DNA of 64,000 bases from an uncultured bacterium (GCA_963710755.1 CAVQBK010000003.1:1403108-1467107); one strand, 5' to 3'; shown: positions 50,789 through 60,731, counted from the first letter of the stretch. Notes: generated by a model not told the origin, from the letters alone. Translations and numbers: made by a program.

Positions 50789-51451
50789 TTACCGCCGTTC
50801 TTCATGATGGTCTTCCTGCCCGTTTTGGAAATGTTCCCGGTGTTCAAAATGCTCGTGGCCTTCAAACAAACGGCCTCGTCCGAAATGCCTGATGGCAATG
50901 GAGCCTGGTCCTTCAAAATCCCACTGGGAGTAATAGGAAGGGTAGGGCCAGTAATAATAGTAATAGTAGGGAGGTGCACCCCAATAGTAAGTGGGTCTAT
51001 TAGCCTTCCAAATAACAATTTGCTTCAGATCCACAGTGGGGTATTGATAGTTTGCTTTCCCCACCATTCTGGCTTCCTGTCCTGCTATAGTGCCGGCAAT
51101 CGTGATTCTCGTGCCAACTTTGTAAATCTGGGGATCAAGAAATTCTCCGCTTTTTGCAATAAACCGTCCTTCCGATGCATACAAATTTTTTGGTTTTTCA
51201 TAGGTGTTTAACGGCATCTGCAAGATTACCAATTCCGACCCCTTGGTGGTATGCTCATTGGCAATGATTTTGCCACCCCAGATCACGGTTGCCCCCACGT
51301 ACTTGGTCGGATTTAGTTGTACTGCTGCCAGCGGCACATTTTCACCGGCTTGTTCACGATAGTTTTGTTCGATGGGGAGAGTGGCGCATCCTCCCAACAA
51401 AGCTATCGCAGGTCCCAACACCAACCAAACTCGCCACTGTTTCTTAGTCAT
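50789..51451 (-). CDS. Slp family outer-membrane lipoprotein
   Basis: LGGC lipobox, VIWGGKI, S.GRFIA..FLDP..Y, G...Y.YP. Confidence 0.88.
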   Translation of the reverse strand: MTKKQWRVWLVLGPAIALLGGCATLPIEQNYREQAGENVPLAAVQLNPTKYVGATVIWGGKIIANEHTTKGSELVILQMPLNTYEKPKNLYASEGRFIAKSGEFLDPQIYKVGTRITIAGTIAGQEARMVGKANYQYPTVDLKQIVIWKANRPTYYWGAPPYYYYYYWPYPSYYSQWDFEGPGSIAIRHFGRGRLFEGHEHFEHREHFQNGQEDHHEERR

Positions 51452-51622
51452 TTTTTTACCTCCTTCCCTTCCTCCAAACTATTTTTTTTACTATGTCAAC
51501 GACGAAGTTTAGACCCCATTTTAGGAAGGATGTAGGTGACTGTGATCAGGTAGCCAAAGAGGTTAAATGTAAAGCTTAGCTGGGAAAAGGGGCTAGGGGT
51601 CAGTGATAATAAAATATGGCGG

Positions 51623-52378
51623 TTAAAGTCCGAAGAGCATGCGCAGTAGCTGTTTTTCAGTGGGAGCTGGATAAAGGGGGAAATCTTTTCCAATTCTACC
51701 GGGATCACTGCAGGTGCCGAACCATCGGTCCCAAAAGGTGAAGACAAATCCCAGATTGCGGCTTGCAGTTCCCAGGGCAGCATGATGAATGCGATGATAA
51801 TTGGGGGTAATAAAGACAGCCTCCAGAGGACCAAGATTAACCCAAACATTGATGTGAACCCAAAGGTTGATGACCACACCGAAGGAAAGCGCTGCGGCAG
51901 CCTGCCAAGGCGTAAGTCCTATAAGATAAAATCCAATATAGGTTTGGGGAATGGCAAAGAGCAGGATGTGAAGCACGCTGGTGCGCGAACCTGAGAGCCA
52001 CCAGAGTTCTTCTATAGAATGGTGAAAAACATGAGTAGGCCAGAGCCAGTCTTGATGCATGGTCCGATGGATCCAGTAGAGGGTGAAATCGAAAAGCACG
52101 ATCGCGAGGAAGACTTTTATCATACCGGGCAAAGGATAAATATAGGTTTTGGCCAAGGGAGGGACAATATTAATATCTTGAAGGCTGAAAAAGAGTAATC
52201 CTTTTTCAATTTCTCCAACCACAATGACAATTAAAAGAGCAAGAATATTTAACCCTAACCGCCGCCGTTTATCAATAGGGAACCCGGGATGACCGTGTTC
52301 CATGATTTCGAAGATCAGGATGAACACTAGCAGTGTGGCTGCCTGAGCAATCTGTTCAGGTGGTATCATAGTATTCAA
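51623..52378 (-). CDS. Sterol desaturase / fatty acid hydroxylase family protein
   Basis: His boxes HRTMH, HVFHH, HRIHH; WDRWFGT. Confidence 0.92.
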   Translation of the reverse strand: MNTMIPPEQIAQAATLLVFILIFEIMEHGHPGFPIDKRRRLGLNILALLIVIVVGEIEKGLLFFSLQDINIVPPLAKTYIYPLPGMIKVFLAIVLFDFTLYWIHRTMHQDWLWPTHVFHHSIEELWWLSGSRTSVLHILLFAIPQTYIGFYLIGLTPWQAAAALSFGVVINLWVHINVWVNLGPLEAVFITPNYHRIHHAALGTASRNLGFVFTFWDRWFGTCSDPGRIGKDFPLYPAPTEKQLLRMLFGL

Positions 52379-52837
52379 ATTATATTAAGCACTCTTGGTG
52401 TTGTCCATGGCTATTTTGGCAATAGATGGAAGATAAACTGAAAATTTAAACGAAATGAAAAAATCGGGGTCAAAAAAATACTTTGATTAAAACAGGTTAG
52501 CGTAAGCCATGAGGCCTTACTTAAATATAATGCGTTAGTACACAAAGTGTGGGATAGGGGCAAGGTGCCGAGATACCCCCGGGCGTCTTTTCATTCCAAG
52601 AGGGATCTCAAAATCCTGCCTGCAATAAAATCGAACCATTGGCAAAATCAGCCTGGGTAAACCGGCTGCGCGTGTTTTAACGGAGCCTGGAAAAAGGTGG
52701 TGGTGACACGGGCATTGGGAAAAACATCAGGATTAAATGGCATAAAGATATTGTCTGGATTTAAAAGTTGCCGCATGATCAAAGCGATCGCTAAACCTAC
52801 AGGCGGCAACGGCATTTAAATATTTAGGAGGCGGATT

Positions 52838-54322
52838 ATGAAACCATTTTTAAAAAGAAGTGCTTTATGGGTGAGCGTTGTATTGGTACTGAGCGGAGGG
52901 GTTTTTTTGGGGTGTCAATCAGTGTTTTCTAAAAGTTTGACCTTGGAAACAGAGAATAAAGCCGTGGCCTCCGCCAAAGATCTGGATGTGGGTTTGAAAT
53001 TGCAAAACATTTATCGCCTGATTGCAAAATCGGTCACACCGGCCGTGGTTAGCATCCAGGTGGAAAGTGAACAAATTGTAAGAAATCCTTACAGTCAATT
53101 CTTCAACGATCCTTTCTTTCAGCAATTCTTTGGGCAGCAGGGTCAGATGCCCAAACAATTTAAACAAAAATTGCAAGCCCTGGGGTCGGGCTTTATTGTC
53201 ACGCCTGACGGTTATATTTTCAGCAACTACCATGTGGTTAAAGACGCCACCAAAATACAGGTCATACTTTCTGACAAACGCCAATTCAAAGCTAAAGTGA
53301 TCGGCACCGATCCAGATACGGATATTGCCCTCTTGAAGATCAACGCCCAGAATCTGCCCGTGGCCGCGGTGGGCGACTCCAAGAATATACAAGTGGGTGA
53401 TCTGGTCATGGCTATTGGTAATCCCTTCGGGCTTACCGGCACCTACACGTCCGGCATCATCAGTTTTGTCGGCCGACCGGGCATGATGTCCGGTTTTCAG
53501 CACTTTATTCAGACCGATGCACCGGTGAATCCCGGCAATTCCGGTGGCCCCTTGGTTAACATTCACGGTCAAGTAATTGGCATCAATTCAGCCATCCAAA
53601 CTCAAAGCGGCGGTTATGAGGGCATCAGCTTTGCCGTACCCATTAATACCGCCAAGAACATTGCCGATCAGCTCATTACCAGTGGCAAAATCGAGCGCGG
53701 TTATATGGGGGTAAATATCAGCTCTCTGGATAAAGCCGCCCGGAAAGTGTTCCGTATTCCCGACGATCTGGGTGTGTTGGTCACCAAGGTGGAAAAAAAC
53801 GGCCCCGCAGAAAAAGCGGGTATGAAACAGGGTGATATCATTACCCGGGTAAATGGCACTACCGTGGAAACACCGGATGACCTACAAGTGGCCATTGGCA
53901 ATTTGAAACCGGGTACGTCAGCCACCTTGCAAGTTTACCGCCGGACTAAACGTATGACTATCAAGGTGACTCTGGCGGAAAGGCCTAAAACCGTGAGCGA
54001 AGCTGCTTTGGGTGGCAACAAGACACCGAGCAATCCTTCGGGAGAAACGTACAAGTATCAAGGGGTTATTTTTGGCGCGGCCAGCCAGGCTATGCTGGAG
54101 CAGAACAATGCCCAGTATGGCGTTGCCGTGGAGAGTGTCAATGAAGATAGTCCGCTTTCGGGAACCCTGCAGGCAGGTGATCTCATCATCGGCATCAATG
54201 ATACGGAAATCCATAATACTAAAGAGCTTAAAGCTTTTGCCAAAAAGAATCCTAATCCCAAATCATTGGTATTTATGGTGATGGAAAAGGGCTTTTTAAT
54301 CTATCGCGGGATTGAACAATAA
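52838..54322 (+). CDS. Do/DegP-DegQ family serine endoprotease with two PDZ domains
   Basis: GSGF, NYHVV, DIAL, QTDA.VNPGNSGGPL; possible FLGC lipobox. Confidence 0.95.
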   Translation: MKPFLKRSALWVSVVLVLSGGVFLGCQSVFSKSLTLETENKAVASAKDLDVGLKLQNIYRLIAKSVTPAVVSIQVESEQIVRNPYSQFFNDPFFQQFFGQQGQMPKQFKQKLQALGSGFIVTPDGYIFSNYHVVKDATKIQVILSDKRQFKAKVIGTDPDTDIALLKINAQNLPVAAVGDSKNIQVGDLVMAIGNPFGLTGTYTSGIISFVGRPGMMSGFQHFIQTDAPVNPGNSGGPLVNIHGQVIGINSAIQTQSGGYEGISFAVPINTAKNIADQLITSGKIERGYMGVNISSLDKAARKVFRIPDDLGVLVTKVEKNGPAEKAGMKQGDIITRVNGTTVETPDDLQVAIGNLKPGTSATLQVYRRTKRMTIKVTLAERPKTVSEAALGGNKTPSNPSGETYKYQGVIFGAASQAMLEQNNAQYGVAVESVNEDSPLSGTLQAGDLIIGINDTEIHNTKELKAFAKKNPNPKSLVFMVMEKGFLIYRGIEQ

Positions 54323-54334
54323 GGGGTAACGCTA

Positions 54335-54369
54335 CGTATGGGGGCGTTTCTAAAAACGCCCCCCGTGCG
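54335..54369. repeat. REP-like GC-rich hairpin
   Basis: cgtatgggggcgttt-ctaa-aaacgccccccgtgcg; resembles GTAGGGGCG..CGCCCCTAC REPs. Confidence 0.5.
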
Positions 54370-54385
54370 GAAAGGGAAAGACTGT

Positions 54386-54883
54386 ATGAACACCAAACAA
54401 AATCTGAAGCTTATTCTGATTATGGGTTTGTTTCTCATGTCCCTCGGTGGATGGCTGCTTCACTGGCGTACTCATCCGCCCACGGATGAAGCACGTAATT
54501 GGATCCCTTTTATCGCCGGTCTAGGCAGTACCCTGATGCTACCCTTGCTTTTCTGGTTCAAACGCACCCTGGTACTGGCTTATGTGGTCAATGGCATGCT
54601 GGTGATCATTGGCTTGATTACCATGGCCCATTTTTCCCTGGCTAATTGGCCGGGCGGTTTTTCACTTCGCTCTGTAATGCTTGGTACATTGCTTCCCGAT
54701 ATGCTGATCCTGTGCGGCAATTTTGGATTCGGCAAAGCCTTGTTTGAACTCAATCTTTTACATCATGCCGAGGACAAAATGCGGCATGGACGGTTTTGGC
54801 GTTACCCCAATATGGGGTGGTGGTGGGTGCATTTGGTGGCGCTATCGGTGGTGTATGCGTTGGGCCATGTGCTGTGGTCTTAA
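54386..54883 (+). CDS. Hypothetical His-containing membrane protein
   Basis: About 5 TMs with His in or next to helices (WLLHWRTH, MAHF, WVH...LGH). Confidence 0.8.
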   Translation: MNTKQNLKLILIMGLFLMSLGGWLLHWRTHPPTDEARNWIPFIAGLGSTLMLPLLFWFKRTLVLAYVVNGMLVIIGLITMAHFSLANWPGGFSLRSVMLGTLLPDMLILCGNFGFGKALFELNLLHHAEDKMRHGRFWRYPNMGWWWVHLVALSVVYALGHVLWS

Positions 54884-54922
54884 AACAGACCCGATTACAT
54901 CAGCTGATCAAGAGAGGGTGCT

Positions 54923-55018
54923 ATGAATAAGTTTAAGCTGTTTAAACCAGCTTGGTGGGTACTGCATGTGATAATGGTGTTTTTTATGTTTTGGTTAGGA
55001 CATGTCGTGCGCTTTTAA
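54923..55018 (+). CDS. Small membrane peptide, 31 aa (MNKFKLFKPAWWVLHVIMVFFMFWLGHVVRF)
   Basis: Below the ORF-track cutoff; AGAGGG RBS; fills the gap in the cluster; resembles the last helix of the upstream protein. Confidence 0.7.
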   Translation: MNKFKLFKPAWWVLHVIMVFFMFWLGHVVRF

Positions 55019-55036
55019 CCCTATCAGACTGGGGGT

Positions 55037-55561
55037 ATGGTGATGGCAAGAATTGCCGTTGTACTCGATGATTTCTTTGAGGATGTGGAATATACCGATC
55101 CAGTTAAAACCTTACAAAAGGCCGGCCATGAATGTGTAGTCGTGGGACTGAAGACCGGCCGGGTGGTCAAAGGTAAAAAGGTGGGGACTGAGATCACCAT
55201 CGAGAAAAGCTTTGAAGAAGTGACGCCCGGGGATTTTGATGCGCTTTTGATTCCCGGCGGCTATAGTCCTGACCGACTGCGTGCCCATCCCCAGGCCGTG
55301 ACATTTGTAACGGCTTTTATGGACAACCCCAAGCCGGTATTTGCCATCTGTCATGGTCCGCAGCTTTTGATTACTGCCGACCGGCTTAATGGGCGACAGG
55401 CCACGGGTTACCGTTCCCTTGTTCAAGACCTTAAGAATGCTGGAGCCCGTTACGAAGACCGGGAAACAGTAGTGGACGGTAACCTTTTGACCAGTCGGGA
55501 ACCGGGCGATTTACCGGCCTTTGATGCCAAGATGCTGGAAATCCTCGCTGGCGAAAAGTAA
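55037..55561 (+). CDS. PfpI/DJ-1 (type 1 glutamine amidotransferase-like) protein
   Basis: FEDVE, IPGG..PD.LR, AICHGP, TSR.P.DL. Confidence 0.94.
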   Translation: MVMARIAVVLDDFFEDVEYTDPVKTLQKAGHECVVVGLKTGRVVKGKKVGTEITIEKSFEEVTPGDFDALLIPGGYSPDRLRAHPQAVTFVTAFMDNPKPVFAICHGPQLLITADRLNGRQATGYRSLVQDLKNAGARYEDRETVVDGNLLTSREPGDLPAFDAKMLEILAGEK

Positions 55562-55607
55562 TAATATATAGCCCTGTTGGACAGGGCTATCCCAAGGAGG
55601 TGTGGTG

Positions 55608-56051
55608 ATGAATAAAATTCAACAGGAATTGGTGGATATGCTCAACCAGGCCCTACGCCTGGAGCACGCGGCCCGTATTCAATATTTGGCCCATGCCGAA
55701 TTGATCACCGGAGTGAATGCGGAAAAAATCATTGAACGTTTACAGGAAATCGCCTCTGATGAGGAAAAACATGAAGGCAAATTCCGGGAATTGATAGGCA
55801 GTTATTTGGGTGCTGAGCCCACCATGGAAATGGCCAAGACCCATCAGGCCGGCGAATTGAGCGACATTCTCAATGTGAATCTGGGCAATGAAAAGGAAGC
55901 TATTGATTTTTATAAAAAAATCTACCGCTTTGTTATGGATCATCGTGATGATTTTCCTTATGCCACGGAAAAACTGGAACATGAAATCCGCCATGTTATC
56001 ATCGACGAGCAAGAACATGTGACCGAACTCTCCCTATTGCTGGGTTTGTAA
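55608..56051 (+). CDS. Ferritin-like diiron protein
   Basis: E..A.IQY, DEEKH, E..AI..Y, DEQEH ligand pattern. Confidence 0.9.
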   Translation: MNKIQQELVDMLNQALRLEHAARIQYLAHAELITGVNAEKIIERLQEIASDEEKHEGKFRELIGSYLGAEPTMEMAKTHQAGELSDILNVNLGNEKEAIDFYKKIYRFVMDHRDDFPYATEKLEHEIRHVIIDEQEHVTELSLLLGL

Positions 56052-56234
56052 AACCGGGGGACTCTCATGCCCATTTGAAAACGTGAATGGTTAAATGACT
56101 GACAAATTCACTGACCGGTTCGAGCGGGGCTGCGAGCCAAACTATTTAATGACCTTGTCCAAAGATGAAAGCACAGGGATGAATGTAAACGTATACAAGA
56201 GAAAGGCCTAAAACATGCGCCAAGGCTTGGTTTT

Positions 56235-57095
56235 ATGAGCAAGATGGGTGTCAGGGAAATTCGTAAGGAAGGGACAAGGTACATAAGAGTGGCACGTTAT
56301 AACCGAGGGCATTTTGATCAATATTATGAGGAATGGGGGGAGGGGGAAGCACTCTTATGTTTGCCGGCCTTTCCCTTGAACGGTACGACGGTTTTTCAAA
56401 AACAACACCCGCTGGCCGAAAAGGGACGGTTGATTGTACCTGATTTTCGAGGTATGGGACAGTCGACCGGAACCAGCGACCAGGTAGTGAGTATGGAGAT
56501 GCTGGCGGAGGACATGGTGAATCTGCTCGATCGCCTGGCGATAGAGCAGGCTGTGGTGTGGGGTGTCTCCTTGGGCGGGTATGTGGCCCTCGCTATGACC
56601 GCCCTGGCACAGAATCGGGTGAAAGGCTTGATCCTAACTGATACACGGTCCAGAAGTGACGGTCCCAAACAATTATTGGGCAGGGCGGAGATGCTCAAGG
56701 AGCTTAGGCAAATTGGGATTGAATGTATGCAGAGGCGGATTCCCCCCTTGCTTTCGGATCAGAGTAAAATCAGCCATCCCCATTTAGCGGAATCCCTGTG
56801 GCAGGAAACCAGGCAACAAAGCACGGGTCATCTGGCTGCTATCGTACGCGGCATGGCACAGCGCCAGGATCATACTCCTCTTTTGGAAGAGTTTAATAAG
56901 CCGGTGCTATTAATACGTGGTGAGGATGACGAACTGGTTTCTCAGACCACCATGTTGGAAATGCTGCATCATTTGCCACAAGCAGAATTAGTGGAGATAC
57001 CCGGCGCAGGGCATCTCAGTCCTCTGGAGAACCCCGGGCCGGTTAATGAAGCAGTGAGAAAGTTTCTTAACCGCCATTTTAAAAATATGACTTGA
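56235..57095 (+). CDS. Alpha/beta hydrolase
   Basis: PDFRGMG, GVSLGG, GEDD, AGHLSPLE; start uncertain. Confidence 0.9.
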   Translation: MSKMGVREIRKEGTRYIRVARYNRGHFDQYYEEWGEGEALLCLPAFPLNGTTVFQKQHPLAEKGRLIVPDFRGMGQSTGTSDQVVSMEMLAEDMVNLLDRLAIEQAVVWGVSLGGYVALAMTALAQNRVKGLILTDTRSRSDGPKQLLGRAEMLKELRQIGIECMQRRIPPLLSDQSKISHPHLAESLWQETRQQSTGHLAAIVRGMAQRQDHTPLLEEFNKPVLLIRGEDDELVSQTTMLEMLHHLPQAELVEIPGAGHLSPLENPGPVNEAVRKFLNRHFKNMT

Positions 57096-57274
57096 ACCTG
57101 CCGGACGACGTTTTGCCACGTCGTCCGACCACTTCCGTGAAAACCTGGTTTGGAAGATCCCTGAAGCTCCGTCCTAGGCCGGCCCTTTTTGTGGTTATAG
57201 CCAAAGCCTTTTCCTGACGTTCCTAACCCTGATCCAAATTACATGCCTTTAGGGTAAATCTGGTCCCTGAAAAA

Positions 57275-57301
57275 GTAACCTTTTTTGCAGGTTGTTCGTA
57301 A
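57275..57301 (+). promoter_or_regulatory. Putative ECF-sigma promoter
   Basis: GTAACC-N16-CGTAA (AAC/CGT ECF pattern) about 130 nt upstream of 57431. Confidence 0.45.
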
Positions 57302-57430
57302 TAGTTAATACATGACAGGCCGTGAAGAAAAGGAGGGCAGAGGTTAAGGGCCGCCGAAAAAAAGACGATCATTTATTAGATCCGTCGTTTACTAAAAATG
57401 TAAAGGGATAATTCGGAAGGGAGAGGCATT

Positions 57431-58234
57431 ATGATACGGCAAAGTGTGGGAGCGATCATTCTTTCAATTCTATTCGCGATTCCAGTGGTGGCGGCAGAGG
57501 CGACCTTTCAAGGGTACAGTTTTAAAGCTTATGTGACCAAGACCAACGGTAAGCACTACCGGGAGTTTAGAGAAAACCATAAATCCACCCTCAAAGTCAA
57601 GGCGGATGAGGAGTATTCTATCGTGGTTTACAATCCTTTGCCGGTCCGAGCCGCTGTGGCCGTGTCTATTGACGGCCTTAATTCCATTGACGGCAAACGG
57701 ACTTCGCCGCGTCAAGCTAAAAAGTGGATGATCAATCCCCACGCGTCCATTACCATTGCCGGATGGCAGACCAGCTCCAAGACCCTGCGGAAGTTTGTAT
57801 TTACCAAAGATGCGGAAAGCTTTGCCCAATGGCGAGAAAACAAGGATGGTAAAGCTTTTACCCGCAATTTGGGGGTCATTGGTGTAGCTTGGTTCTGGAA
57901 TCGCCAGGAGTTGGAAGAAGCGCTCCATCCACCGCAGCCTTTTGTGGAGGAGGCTCGAGGTTCCCAGGACCGTACCTTGCGCAAAAGTTCCAGAAACTTG
58001 GCCCCGTCTGCGGCACCAAGATCAGCTCGGGCCGAGGCCAAGGCCGGAACTGGAATGGGCCGGGAACAGCACAACCGGGTAACTCAAATCAAGTTTGAAG
58101 CCAACCAAGGTATGTTTTCCCTGCGCGACGTATTGAAAATCTACTATGAGTTCGCCGAGGAACCAGAAGAACCGCAACCTTTCGTGAAAGAGGAAAAGGA
58201 CGAAGGCCGTTTTGCTCCTGATATGCATAATTAA
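57431..58234 (+). CDS. Secreted hypothetical protein
   Basis: Signal peptide; EYSIV..N, AVSIDGLN.IDG, I.GW, F.F, NLGVIGVA, GTGMG pattern recalled from a widespread uncharacterised family. Confidence 0.8.
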   Translation: MIRQSVGAIILSILFAIPVVAAEATFQGYSFKAYVTKTNGKHYREFRENHKSTLKVKADEEYSIVVYNPLPVRAAVAVSIDGLNSIDGKRTSPRQAKKWMINPHASITIAGWQTSSKTLRKFVFTKDAESFAQWRENKDGKAFTRNLGVIGVAWFWNRQELEEALHPPQPFVEEARGSQDRTLRKSSRNLAPSAAPRSARAEAKAGTGMGREQHNRVTQIKFEANQGMFSLRDVLKIYYEFAEEPEEPQPFVKEEKDEGRFAPDMHN

Positions 58235-58258
58235 GTGCAACTGCTACTTTAGAATCTG

Positions 58259-58300
58259 AAAAGTCTTCCGGTGGAAAAAACTACCGGAAGACTTTTTTTT
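58259..58300 (+). terminator. Intrinsic terminator
   Basis: aaaagtcttccggtgg ... ctaccggaagac followed by T8. Confidence 0.85.
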
Positions 58301-58379
58301 ATGCTTAAATAAACCGGATACCAAGCCAGCCCAGCCATCGACTGGTGCTCAACCATTACAGCACTGCAGGAGGGGAGCC

Positions 58380-58865
58380 ATGAAAGCATTGGTGGTTTAC
58401 GATTCTTTTTTCGGCAACACTGAAAAAATTGCCTTGGCCATTGCAACAGGGATGGGGGCCAAAGCAGAGGTGGCGGCTCATCAGGTGGCCAAAGTACCGG
58501 CGGAAGTCCTTGAAACTATTAACCTGGTGGTGGTGGGTTCGCCAACCCGGGGGTTTCAGCCTACTCCTGCCATTAAGGCTTTTATCCGCGCTTTGCCATC
58601 CCATGGCTTGCAGGGCGTACAGGTCACAGCTTTTGATACAGGCATTGCCCCGGAGGATACGGACTCTAAATTCCTGAAATTTATGATTAAGCTTGGCGGT
58701 TATGCTGCCAAACGCATTGCCAAACTGCTGGCTCAAAAAGGGGGAACGCTGGTCCTGCCGGCACAAGGTTTTTGGGTGCTTGGAGAAAAAGGCCCCCTAA
58801 AGGATAAGGAATTGGAAAGAGCAAAAGCTTGGGGCGAAAAAATAGCAGACGCGGTTACGGTATAG
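58380..58865 (+). CDS. Flavodoxin family protein
   Basis: YDSFFGNTEKIA, VGSPT, AFDT, GPL...ELERA..WG. Confidence 0.92.
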   Translation: MKALVVYDSFFGNTEKIALAIATGMGAKAEVAAHQVAKVPAEVLETINLVVVGSPTRGFQPTPAIKAFIRALPSHGLQGVQVTAFDTGIAPEDTDSKFLKFMIKLGGYAAKRIAKLLAQKGGTLVLPAQGFWVLGEKGPLKDKELERAKAWGEKIADAVTV

Positions 58866-59048
58866 ATGCAGGTGCTCAAGCTATAGCAAGGTATATATGG
58901 GGTCAAATTTATTAAATGTATAGATGAAAGCAAGAGGGCTGATGCAATCCTGAGTAAATAGATATTTTTAATAAAATATAGTTAAGGCAAACTCACGATT
59001 GATCGAAAATAATTTGGCAACATACTGACCTTTTAAGGATTAAAATCG

Positions 59049-59402
59049 ATGAGTGCCACTTGGATAACCCACAAAGGCAAAAAGATCCTTTATAGCACCT
59101 ATGGCCGCCAGAGCTTCAAGGAAATGATGGAAACCCTGGAACAGCAGGTCACTCTCCTGAAAACTTCACCGGAAAAGGTGTTGCTCCTCGATGATTTCAA
59201 TGATACCCACAGCTCCCCTGAATTTTTACAACAGTACAAACAATGGGGCAAGGATATTATCCGTAAAAAAGCTAAAAAAAATGCCATGATTGGTGTTACC
59301 GGGTTGAAACAAATACTGTTCAACGCCTATGTTAGCTTTACAGGGGCTAACATTGTTCTGTTTGCAACCAAAGCAGAAGCCCTCGACTATTTAGTAAAAT
59401 AG
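59049..59402 (+). CDS. Hypothetical protein, STAS/SEC14-like
   Basis: HKGKKILY, LLLDD, A.IGVTG, F.TK.EALDYL. Confidence 0.75.
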   Translation: MSATWITHKGKKILYSTYGRQSFKEMMETLEQQVTLLKTSPEKVLLLDDFNDTHSSPEFLQQYKQWGKDIIRKKAKKNAMIGVTGLKQILFNAYVSFTGANIVLFATKAEALDYLVK

Positions 59403-59655
59403 GCTTTAACCATCTTTCCGATTATTAAACCCTTTTCCTTCCCTGATCACCATTGAGGTATACCAGGTGCTTTTGGCCCTGGCCGGTAGTAATGCGTCCC
59501 TTGACAGCTAAAGGTTTGTTTGAAAAAGTCCAAAAGAGAGTGACTAAAATCCGAATTGTGTTCAAAAAATCGTCATAAAATCTTAACCAGACAATGGGGT
59601 TACAGTGATAAGTTTATTAAACACAATTCTTTTTAACATCACTTTTTACAGTTGA

Positions 59656-59671
59656 TTGGTATGACAATTGC
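59656..59671 (+). promoter_or_regulatory. Putative sigma54 (-24/-12) promoter
   Basis: TTGGTATG-acaa-TTGC, GG-N10-GC spacing. Confidence 0.6.
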
Positions 59672-59775
59672 GTATAATAAAATTGAAAGAGTAAGGCTAA
59701 TTAAGGATTGAAAAGGAGGCCGAGAAGACAAATAGGGCTGGTGGTATCAAAGAAAAATATTAGGAGGTCAGGGCG

Positions 59776-60198
59776 ATGAAAAAACTAATGATGGTCTTAA
59801 TGTTGCTGGCGTTGACAGGCGGCTTGACGGCAACGGCCATGGCCAAACGCAGCGGTGGTGGCTCCATGATGCAGGATAAAACTATGACAACAATGCATGA
59901 GCAGGAACGCCACCAGAACACCAACCAGTGGATGGCTGAAGAAGACAATGGCCACGGGGATATGCTTAGGACCCAGGACCAGGATCAACTCCGAACAAAG
60001 GATCAGAAAAAAGATCAGACCCAAACCAAAACTCAACTAAAAACCAAGGATGGTGAAGGTCTGGAGACAAAAACCAAATTACAGGAAAAAGACCGTCTGC
60101 AACAGCGGGAACGCTTAAATCAACAGGATGAGGCTGATGGTGCGGTCCGCAAAGAGAGCACCAAGGAATTACAAAAAGGCCAGGAGGTGGCGGAATAA
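59776..60198 (+). CDS. Secreted low-complexity protein (Met/His-rich start, Q/D/K/T repeats)
   Basis: AGGAGG RBS, signal peptide ending AMA, RTQDQDQLRTKDQ repeats. Confidence 0.82.
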   Translation: MKKLMMVLMLLALTGGLTATAMAKRSGGGSMMQDKTMTTMHEQERHQNTNQWMAEEDNGHGDMLRTQDQDQLRTKDQKKDQTQTKTQLKTKDGEGLETKTKLQEKDRLQQRERLNQQDEADGAVRKESTKELQKGQEVAE

Positions 60199-60236
60199 AC
60201 GCACCAAGGTAGTTGATCAGCCTGAAAAGTACAGTG

Positions 60237-60272
60237 AAAGCCCTTCCAAAAATATGCTGGAAGGGCTTTTTT
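60237..60272 (+). terminator. Intrinsic terminator
   Basis: aaagcccttcca ... tggaagggc followed by T6. Confidence 0.8.
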
Positions 60273-60415
60273 ATATTCTACGGCTTAGGGGTTCCAATCG
60301 TCCTTTGGCTGGTTTTTTGAATTTAGAAAATAAAATGTCTCAAACGGCTTAAGAAATAAAATTACCCACCGATAATTTTCTAGGCACCAAGTTCGCGGAG
60401 AGGATGTAGACAGGC

Positions 60416-60616
60416 ATGGCAGGTCAAATTAAAACACTCATCGATAAAATTGTTGCCATGAGATCCAAAGGCGACCCCATCATCGCTTCCACCACCAAAA
60501 CCAAGATGATTTTAAAGGGTATAAACATTAAAAATTACGACCATCAATCGGAAGATGATGAAGCTGTGATTCAACGATTACATGAAATCGCCGAGGGTTT
60601 TGGTCTGCGCCTATAA
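60416..60616 (+). CDS. Small conserved hypothetical protein
   Basis: MAG.IK..ID.I...RS.G....TT.TK.ILKGI...S.DD pattern that I recall next to FIST/chemotaxis genes. Confidence 0.75.
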   Translation: MAGQIKTLIDKIVAMRSKGDPIIASTTKTKMILKGINIKNYDHQSEDDEAVIQRLHEIAEGFGLRL

Positions 60617-60731
60617 AAAGAGGCGTGGATCGACTTGAATTATATTGTGGTCACGAGAGATGCTGGAAAAAGGATAAAACTAGCGTTTTCTTAAATCCGC
60701 ACCTAGACGTGGATTTTGAAGAGGAGGAAAA

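Noticed and set aside
58984-59030. c-di-GMP-I riboswitch (GGCAAAC)
   Set aside because: Lacks the GAAA-capped stem and the GACGCAAAGC continuation.
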